From Candidatus Acidianus copahuensis (GTDB taxonomy: Archaea > Thermoproteota > Thermoprotei_A > Sulfolobales > Sulfolobaceae), in contig NZ_JFZT01000019.1 in the NCBI RefSeq assembly GCF_000632495.1, forward strand, positions 72,252 to 96,251: DNA of 24,000 nt, written 5' to 3'. The notes beneath the pieces are model-generated. The model was not told where the DNA came from. It ran no database searches and saw nothing but the letters and a program-made list of their open reading frames with translations. A program made the translations under genes and the position numbers. Shown piece after piece: positions 16,788 through 23,290 of this stretch; within the stretch, counting starts at the first letter, position 1, and each line of letters begins with the position of its first letter.

Positions 16788-17693
16788 TCACCCTAAATAA
16801 TCGTTGATATTTACCTCGTTATCAGCCTTTCCTAGCTTAAGATAGGAGGAAAGATTTTCACAGGCTTTATTTATTGCATTATAAAGAATTTCCTGACTGG
16901 CATACCCTCCTCCCACATGAAGTGTTCCAGCAAAATTATCAAGAGACCAGAGATTTACATCAAAGTCTTCCTTATCATTCCGCCAGAAGACATCTGTTCC
17001 AAATCTAAGATCGGGCCTCTCTTTTAGTATTTTCTCTATATCGTTCTTGTTCACTGTCTCTCCCCTACCTACATTAACAATTATTACCTTTTGTTTAGTC
17101 TTAGTAAGTCTTTCATAATTTAAGAAGTCTTTTGTGAATTTATTTAATGGAAGAGTATCTACAATTACATCCGCATCCCCTATATATTTATCAACCTCAT
17201 TCAAAGGTATTTTTACGTCATAATTACCCTTAAATGACCTTGATGCTCCAATTACTCTCATACTAAATCCATTTTTAGCTATCTTGGCTACTTCAGAACC
17301 TATTCCTCCCGCTCCCAAGATTAGTATCGTTTTTCCAGTTATCGGATAGCTTTCTCTTCTTTTTCTTATATTTGTTCCCTTAGCTAAGGTCAATATGAGT
17401 GCCCAAGCATGCTCAGCCACTGAAACGGAGTACGCTCCAGCATTAGAGAAAACCTTAATTTCTTTCTCTTTAATTTTCTGAAATGGAAGATCATCAACAC
17501 CTGCTGAAAAAGTCTGAATTATCTTTAGCCTTTCCATATTATCAATTAACTGAGATACTTCTTTAGGCCAAGCTAAAAGTACTTCAGCTCTTCTTAGATC
17601 TTCTTGTGTAAACTCTTTCTCTATTACGTTAAAATTGGAGAGAAGCTTCTTTCCTTCCTCAGGGAGGACTAACGTCGAAATTATTGTCGTCAT
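16788..17693 (-). CDS. D-isomer-specific 2-hydroxyacid dehydrogenase family (glyoxylate/hydroxypyruvate reductase or PGDH-like)
   Basis: 301 aa. NAGAYSVSVAEHA, NAD motif ILGAGGIGSEVAKIA, VNVGRGETV and GTLHVGG. Confidence 0.8.
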   Translation of the reverse strand: MTTIISTLVLPEEGKKLLSNFNVIEKEFTQEDLRRAEVLLAWPKEVSQLIDNMERLKIIQTFSAGVDDLPFQKIKEKEIKVFSNAGAYSVSVAEHAWALILTLAKGTNIRKRRESYPITGKTILILGAGGIGSEVAKIAKNGFSMRVIGASRSFKGNYDVKIPLNEVDKYIGDADVIVDTLPLNKFTKDFLNYERLTKTKQKVIIVNVGRGETVNKNDIEKILKERPDLRFGTDVFWRNDKEDFDVNLWSLDNFAGTLHVGGGYASQEILYNAINKACENLSSYLKLGKADNEVNINDYLG

Positions 17694-17716
17694 AAAGGAT
17701 ATTTGTTTTTAACGTG

Positions 17717-17724
17717 TAATAAAA
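17717..17724 (-). promoter_or_regulatory. TATA box (minus strand TTTTATTA) for the 17693 gene, leaderless spacing
   Basis: Centre is about 27 nt upstream of the ATG at 17693. Confidence 0.45.
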
Positions 17725-18378
17725 CTCTTTGACCCTTCTGTCTTTCTGTCATCATTAGAATTTCAAAAGGTTATAAGGATTCCATAAAGGTAAGCGAAAC
17801 AGTTTCATATTCTAGGATAACAAAAGGATAGGTTATTGTATATCATTTTCATGATGAACTCCACACCCTTATGATGTAAAATGAATTTTCCTAATAGCCA
17901 ATTTCCCCTTAATGGTTTTCATAATCTTTCATTTATACTGTTTATTCTTATTATAAGAATTTAAGAAAAGATTTATATAAAACTCTAGTACATTAAAAAA
18001 TTCCTTTTTACTCTCTAGATATCATAGACATTAGGACAGCTAACATATAGAACTTTTTTCTTTCTTCTTCTTGCTTTTCCTTTAGTTCACGTTCGTCTAA
18101 CTCTCTTTCCATTTTCAATTCCTTTTTTACTTCTCATCATAATAATGTACTTAAAGCTTTCTTCTAATGTTTAAAAACAGATCCATATATATCATACATG
18201 TTAAGTTTTACTTATACATGCACTAGAGGACCTTTGAAATAAGTAAACTACTGAGAGTTTAAAGGAACAGAGACCTTTCAATGTAAATAATTGTTTTTGC
18301 TATAAATTTTTTAACTAATATTTGCAACTATATTTATGAAAACAACTATATTCATTTTATCTCATTGACAATTCTAGT

Positions 18379-19581
18379 TTAAAATACTGCTAGAACAGCT
18401 ATCGCTACAAGGACTATAGCTGATGTCCAATAAACTATTTCTTGTAAGCCATGAGAATACATATCTCCCATAATTCTCCTATTTCTAGATATGAAACCAA
18501 GGATCAATATCGGGCCGATTAAAGTAAAAACAAATAATACTAATAGATCTAGTACGATACCTATTAGTGACGAAGTCGAAAGAAGCAAAGTTGCAATTAC
18601 TGCAGGTAAGCTTTCAATTACGTATATTTTCCAAAATCCCCTTTGTTTTATTCCTAACGCTTCAGCTACTCCCCATCCGCTACCTAAAGATATTACCATA
18701 AGAGCGAGAAAACCTGCCCCGATCAAACCTAAACCAAACACTAGAGAAGAGTAGGTTCCTGCAACAGGTTCAAGGACTTGTGATAGAGCCTGAGCGGAAG
18801 CAAACGTGCTTGGGTCAACATTATTAATTCCAGCAAAGGCCATTTCAACGATGGCCATGAGAGCTTCTGTCACTATTGCTCCAATTAATGTCTCTAACCT
18901 CATGTGTCTTAACGCAGTTTCCTTACAATTAACTTTTAACTCTCCCATTTTTATCGCAGTCGCAGATGCCTGAAAAAATAACATGAATGGCATAACAACT
19001 GCGCCTATTACCGCGGCTAGAAGAAAGATATAATTCGGAGATGAACTAATGTAGAAAGGTGAGTAAGGCTTTATACCTCTCATCACCAAAGTAGCCATTA
19101 ACCCAAGGATTAAGATAAATGATACGGCCAACATGATCTTTTCGGCAGCAATATATTTTCTTTTTGTAACTATTAATATATGAATAAGGTAAATTATAGG
19201 TATACTAACCAATAGAGGAATTCCTATTACTTCTAAGCCAACACCTATGCCTATGTATTCTATTGCATAGGTAACTGCATCAGTTAGCGCCATAGGTAGG
19301 GCCATAAAGGATGCGGTCTTTTCACTATAATTTTCTCTTATGATTTCTCCTAAACCTTTTCCTGTAGCCACTCCTATTCTTCCGGATACTTCTTGAACTA
19401 CGTAAAGAGGAATTATTAGGACTAACATTACCCAAACAAAGCCATATTTAAATAATGCTCCAGTTTGAGCGGCTCCAATAACACTGGATGTGTCCATATC
19501 TGCCATCATAACTAACCACGCAGGTCCAAAGAATGCTAAAAATGTTAATTTACGACTCGTCGTATTCCTTTTACGCTCCAT
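18379..19581 (-). CDS. NRAMP/SLC11-family metal transporter homologue with divergent metal-site motifs
   Basis: 400 aa, about 11 TM helices, with NRAMP-like TM1 and TM6 regions. The motifs read ADMDTS instead of DPGN, and VMPFM instead of MPHN. Confidence 0.7.
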   Translation of the reverse strand: MERKRNTTSRKLTFLAFFGPAWLVMMADMDTSSVIGAAQTGALFKYGFVWVMLVLIIPLYVVQEVSGRIGVATGKGLGEIIRENYSEKTASFMALPMALTDAVTYAIEYIGIGVGLEVIGIPLLVSIPIIYLIHILIVTKRKYIAAEKIMLAVSFILILGLMATLVMRGIKPYSPFYISSSPNYIFLLAAVIGAVVMPFMLFFQASATAIKMGELKVNCKETALRHMRLETLIGAIVTEALMAIVEMAFAGINNVDPSTFASAQALSQVLEPVAGTYSSLVFGLGLIGAGFLALMVISLGSGWGVAEALGIKQRGFWKIYVIESLPAVIATLLLSTSSLIGIVLDLLVLFVFTLIGPILILGFISRNRRIMGDMYSHGLQEIVYWTSAIVLVAIAVLAVF

Positions 19582-19603
19582 CGTAAAGAAATTAATACCA
19601 TGA

Positions 19604-19611
19604 TTTATAAA
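19604..19611 (-). promoter_or_regulatory. TATA box (TTTATAAA) for the NRAMP-like gene, leaderless spacing
   Basis: Centre is about 26 nt upstream of the ATG at 19581. Confidence 0.45.
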
Positions 19612-19713
19612 GTTATCACCTATCTATTTAGCCTGAGAATCAAAAGCAAAGTTTCCCTTGACTTAGGAATAAAGTAAGCACCTTAAGCCCATATTTTCTC
19701 TACAAATATTATT

Positions 19714-19729
19714 TTTATAATATTATAAA
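19714..19729. repeat. Perfect 16-bp AT-only palindrome TTTATAATATTATAAA (two head-to-head TATA-like halves)
   Basis: Read directly from the sequence. Its centre (19721.5) is within 2 nt of the midpoint of the 277-bp divergent intergenic region 19582-19858. Confidence 0.8.
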
Positions 19730-19828
19730 GATTTTCCGAAAAAAATACAATAATATCAATCTGAAGAGAAGGTATAACATGAAAAATGTCTTTTAAGGTA
19801 AAAATATTAAGCTAATTCTTGACAAAGC

Positions 19829-19835
19829 ATATAAA
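19829..19835 (+). promoter_or_regulatory. TATA box (ATATAAA) for the 19859 gene, leaderless spacing
   Basis: Centre is about 27 nt upstream of the ATG at 19859. Confidence 0.45.
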
Positions 19836-19858
19836 CTCAAAGTGATAACAAAAGAAAT

Positions 19859-20698
19859 ATGAAACTTGGTATATTGTTGTTTGCAATCTTAGCTTTAGGA
19901 ATAGCTATAACGCCAACATTAGCTCTGAACTCAAATGGGACACAATATATAGCATATAGTATTTCATATAATAGTGTTTCAAATTCAACTTTTTACTCAT
20001 CGAATACTCAAATGGATGTTCATGTAAACATTTCTTCAACTTCAGTTGGAGACAAATATAATAACACAATAACTATAACAGGAAAATACTTCACAAATAG
20101 TACAATGATGGCCATGGCATATACGCTAAACAAAACAATTAACTTTACTGTTCATTACCTATCTAATGAATCACTAATAACCAAAATGGAGAAAATGAAC
20201 CTTACGCAAATTCTTAATTTTACGATGCAAAAGATGAATTCTTTTAGCGCATATGGAATTTCTTATCAATATAACTTAACTTATAAACCTAATGGAACAG
20301 AGACAGTAATGTTTAACGGAAAGTCCTATACGGTGAATTCATTTAAGCTATATGAACAAAATCAATTAACCACCAACTTTGGCCACTCGAAGAATCATGG
20401 TTTAGCCTTAAAATCCTATGGCATAGTTCAAGGTAATGCCTTAGTGTTTACGAATGGTATTCTTTACTCGGCTAACATTAATTCTAACTCTAATTCCACT
20501 GGATTCTTTGGAAAAGTAATGTCAGAGTCCTCCTTAAATATCAAACTTTTATCTACTAATCTCCCATTGCCTAATTCGAATGCATTAGATTCTATAATGA
20601 ATACAATGACATCAAATAAGCTAATATTATCTGAAATAGTTGCTTCAATAGCAGGAATAATAGGTTTTGTATTCTTGGTAATTAGACATATTATTTGA
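19859..20698 (+). CDS. Secreted, C-terminally membrane-anchored, sequon-rich (probably heavily N-glycosylated) surface protein of unknown function
   Basis: 279 aa. A signal-peptide-like N-terminus MKLGILLFAILALGIAITPTLA, 13 N-x-S/T sequons, Asn/Ser/Thr-rich composition, and a C-terminal TM helix IVASIAGIIGFVFLVI followed by RHII. Confidence 0.65.
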   Translation: MKLGILLFAILALGIAITPTLALNSNGTQYIAYSISYNSVSNSTFYSSNTQMDVHVNISSTSVGDKYNNTITITGKYFTNSTMMAMAYTLNKTINFTVHYLSNESLITKMEKMNLTQILNFTMQKMNSFSAYGISYQYNLTYKPNGTETVMFNGKSYTVNSFKLYEQNQLTTNFGHSKNHGLALKSYGIVQGNALVFTNGILYSANINSNSNSTGFFGKVMSESSLNIKLLSTNLPLPNSNALDSIMNTMTSNKLILSEIVASIAGIIGFVFLVIRHII

Positions 20699-20779
20699 GA
20701 TAATTGACTTATAATTTACAGCATATTTTTTAGATTTTTAAGATAAGATTTTTCTAATCTACGTACATTTATACTTTGA

Positions 20780-21730
20780 ATGAAAGCTTTAGTTCTAGAA
20801 AAACCAGGTCTAGAAAATCTAAAGTTAAAGGACTTAGACGTTCCTAATGGTGAAGGAGTACTCGTAAAGATAGTCATAGCAGGATTAACTATGTTAGATT
20901 ATATGTCGGTTTCAAAAGGAGAAAATACACCAGTGATACCAGGAGTAGAGTTTGCAGGAATTATAGAGGAAGGTGAAATGAAAGGAAAAAAGGCGTCCAT
21001 TTATACGAGAACTTTTGACGGAACTTGTAAGATGTGTAAAAGAGGAATGGAGATGTTTTGCTTATCTGGTAAACGAATGGGAATCGATGTAAACGGAGGT
21101 TTTGAGGAATACATTAGAGTTCCTAGAGAAAACCTAGTTGTATCTGATTTACCTTGGGAAACACTGGCTAGTATGTCAATTTCGGCCTTGGCTCCATATC
21201 ATGCCCTTAAGACTGCAGATATAAAAAGAGGGGATACAGTTGTAGTTTTAGGCGCATCGGGAAACACTGGAATATTCTCTCTACAAATAGCCGAGAGATT
21301 AGGAGCTCGAGTAATAGGCATTACTAATGGTCCGCTAAGGATATCAAGATATACCTTTACTTATGATGAGGCAGAAGAAAGAGTAAAAGAGATAACTGAC
21401 GGAGAGAAAGCAGACGTTGTAATTAATCAACTTGGTGCATCGAAATTTCCTTTAGCCTTAAAATTAGTGAGAAAGGGAGGTAAGATAGTAGTGTTTGGTA
21501 CAATGCAAGGAAAAGACACAAACTTGGATTTAAGTTGGCTTTACCTTAATCATGTTAGTATAATAGGAACCGTTAGAGGAACTCTCAAGGAGATGATGGA
21601 ATTGGCTGAAATTTGTAAAGATTGTAATCCGTATGTTTGGAAAGAACTTGCTCTGGAAGATGGTTCGTATGCACTTTCTCTGTTATTTTCAAAGCAAAGA
21701 AAAGGAAGGGTATTCCTAAAAATTGGGTAG
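20780..21730 (+). CDS. MDR-superfamily oxidoreductase (alcohol dehydrogenase-like / quinone-oxidoreductase-like)
   Basis: 316 aa. GroES-like N-domain and a VLGASGNTG nucleotide motif. Catalytic Zn ligands are not conserved (AGLTMLD for GxCxxD, PGVEFAG for GHE). A structural-lobe remnant D-x2-C-x2-C-x7-C (DGTCKMCKRGMEMFC) is present. Confidence 0.75.
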   Translation: MKALVLEKPGLENLKLKDLDVPNGEGVLVKIVIAGLTMLDYMSVSKGENTPVIPGVEFAGIIEEGEMKGKKASIYTRTFDGTCKMCKRGMEMFCLSGKRMGIDVNGGFEEYIRVPRENLVVSDLPWETLASMSISALAPYHALKTADIKRGDTVVVLGASGNTGIFSLQIAERLGARVIGITNGPLRISRYTFTYDEAEERVKEITDGEKADVVINQLGASKFPLALKLVRKGGKIVVFGTMQGKDTNLDLSWLYLNHVSIIGTVRGTLKEMMELAEICKDCNPYVWKELALEDGSYALSLLFSKQRKGRVFLKIG

Positions 21731-21807
21731 AGTAGGAGAATTAACAAGAGAATTTCCACACTGTTAATATTGGACAAAGCTTATAATATAAAATAGTAAT
21801 TTAACAT

Positions 21808-22047
21808 GTGTCAGTCTTTCTATATTTAAATAGGGTTTCAGGATTTGCTGTACTTTTTTTAGTTTCAGTTCTTACTAAAATTCTTTCTCTTCCTTGGTTT
21901 TACCAGTTTTTATACCTTCTTTTTACAGTACCTGATTACTCATTTACAGGCTTTATCTCAAATATAGGAATGATAATACTTCTTTCCTTTACTATTATTA
22001 TAGCAGGAATATATAAGTTAGCTCTAATCATAGCGAATAAAAATTAA
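21808..22047 (+). CDS. Small hydrophobic membrane protein (2-3 predicted TM helices), GTG start
   Basis: 79-aa ORF that is almost entirely hydrophobic. No recognisable motif. It fills an otherwise empty 300-bp interval. Confidence 0.35.
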   Translation: MSVFLYLNRVSGFAVLFLVSVLTKILSLPWFYQFLYLLFTVPDYSFTGFISNIGMIILLSFTIIIAGIYKLALIIANKN

Positions 22048-22601
22048 AGTTCGTCTTTTATTATTTTAAGGCCTAGTAAATTTGCTATCTGTATGTCTGG
22101 TATTACGCTCTCTTTACTGTTCGATTGAATAATGTAAGTACCGTTAATTTCCTCTTCATATTTTGTATTATATCTTAGCAATTGAACTTCTGGCTTTCTT
22201 TCTGGCCATTTTAAGGAATTTACATCAATAAATTCTATGGTAATTTTAGATTTCGGAAATATTTCACTTAATATTTTAGCTTGAATTTTAACATTTTCTT
22301 TTTCTAATTCATTTGTAGTGCTGAACTTTATTGAATTAAATTGGTCTATTAGCGATTTCATAATTTCATCCTCAACTTTGATCCCTTCTTTAATAACCCG
22401 ATAAACTAACTTCATAGCAGCACAGTCGTTATGAGGCATGAAGATCACTTCTTCAGCGTCTATCTGCGATAACGCTTTTCTTAATCCGTTTACGTTAGCT
22501 CCGGCATTCCTAAAGACGTACGCATCTTCTTTCTCTGAGCGTTCTCTTATAGTCTGGGTTAATCTATAATCCATACATGAAATTACGAGTTTTTTCCCCA
22601 T
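22044..22601 (-). CDS. Beta-carbonic-anhydrase-fold protein (CS2/COS-hydrolase-like clade)
   Basis: 185 aa. SCMDYR (C9-x-D11-x-R13, nt 22563-22577), YVFRNAG, and PHNDCAA (H57-x2-C60, nt 22422-22433). This is the beta-CA zinc triad plus the Asp/Arg dyad. The local pattern resembles Acidianus CS2 hydrolase (CMDER..YRNAG..HTDCG) as I recall it. Confidence 0.6.
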   Translation of the reverse strand: MGKKLVISCMDYRLTQTIRERSEKEDAYVFRNAGANVNGLRKALSQIDAEEVIFMPHNDCAAMKLVYRVIKEGIKVEDEIMKSLIDQFNSIKFSTTNELEKENVKIQAKILSEIFPKSKITIEFIDVNSLKWPERKPEVQLLRYNTKYEEEINGTYIIQSNSKESVIPDIQIANLLGLKIIKDEL

Positions 22602-22622
22602 ACATAACCAATAAACTCTGGG

Positions 22623-22637
22623 TTTAAATTTTTTAAG
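22623..22637 (-). promoter_or_regulatory. TATA-like element (minus strand CTTAAAAAATTTAAA) for the beta-CA-like gene
   Basis: Ends 21 nt upstream of the ATG at 22601. Confidence 0.4.
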
Positions 22638-22682
22638 TAAAACATTATTTTTTGATCAAAAGAAAAATATAAAATGTTAGAT

Positions 22683-22692
22683 AATATTTTAA
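22683..22692 (+). promoter_or_regulatory. TATA-like element (AATATTTTAA) for the XdhC-like gene
   Basis: Centre is about 27 nt upstream of the ATG at 22715, which supports that start. Confidence 0.4.
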
Positions 22693-22714
22693 GCATGAAT
22701 CTCGTAAACTACAT

Positions 22715-23290
22715 ATGAAAGTTGTTGTTTTCTCATCAAGTAAAGAGGCAAACATGGAAGAACCGGTTGTTTGTGATAGGGATTCTGTTAAAGTTGATGC
22801 GTCAAAGTGTACCGGTTCGTCAATAAGTCCAGCCCCTTTTATAGTCAAATACTTAAAGGATTTAGGATTTAGAGTTACGGTAGTAGATCCTTTTGCAGAA
22901 CCTTCTTCTTACGATGCTGATGAAGTAATTAGGGGTACATCATTTCAAGTTCCAGATGAAGTGGTTAAAGATTCATATGTTGTAGTTGCTACCAGGCATG
23001 TATATGATACATGGGCAATTATGAAGGCTATATTTGGAGGAGCAAAAGAAATCGCAGTAGTGATGAGCATTAAAAGGGCTAAAGTGATAATGAAAAGGCT
23101 AATGCAATCCGGTATAGAAAAGGAAAAGCTAAAGAAGTTAAGAATACCTGCAGGATTAGATATAAACGCAAAAGGGGAAAAGGAAATGGCAATTAGTATT
23201 ATCTCTGAAATATTGATGTTAGAAAGAGGGGGAACTGGTCTTCCTTTAAGGGACATAAAGGGCTTTGAAAAATCCTTAGATGAGATTTAA
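22715..23290 (+). CDS. XdhC/CoxI-family protein, C-terminal Rossmann-like (XdhC_C) domain only
   Basis: 191 aa. LGFRVTVVDP, VVVATRHVYD, and RIPAGLDINAKGEKEMAISIISEIL match the XdhC_C pattern (..tHd.D...PiGLdiGa.tP.EIA.si.AEi). There is no N-terminal XdhC_CoxI domain and the glycine-rich motif is degenerate. Confidence 0.6.
   Translation: MKVVVFSSSKEANMEEPVVCDRDSVKVDASKCTGSSISPAPFIVKYLKDLGFRVTVVDPFAEPSSYDADEVIRGTSFQVPDEVVKDSYVVVATRHVYDTWAIMKAIFGGAKEIAVVMSIKRAKVIMKRLMQSGIEKEKLKKLRIPAGLDINAKGEKEMAISIISEILMLERGGTGLPLRDIKGFEKSLDEI

Noticed and set aside
17690-17755. 21-codon upstream ORF (MMTERQKGQRVLLHVKNKYPL) whose TGA overlaps the ATG of the 2-hydroxyacid dehydrogenase gene (ATGA)
   Set aside because: The best TATA box for the downstream gene (17717-17724) lies inside this ORF at leaderless spacing, so the ORF is probably not transcribed as part of the mRNA. 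There is no supporting signal.
17851-17876. Possible C/D-box sRNA (ATGATGA at 17851-17857 and ATGATG at 17871-17876)
   Set aside because: No CTGA D or D' boxes occur at the required spacing on either strand, and there is no terminal stem. The C-box-like strings are likely chance in AT-rich DNA.
17694-18378. Replication origin in the long AT-rich gap
   Set aside because: I could not find ORB or mini-ORB-like elements (TCCA..GGAAA-type repeats) or any symmetric repeat array, and no cdc6/orc1 or whiP gene is adjacent.
22645-22848. 67-aa minus-strand ORF overlapping the 5' end of the XdhC-like gene and the divergent promoter region
   Set aside because: It would begin inside the XdhC-like coding region and run through both TATA-like elements. 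It has no motif support. The plus-strand gene has a correctly spaced TATA box and family motifs.
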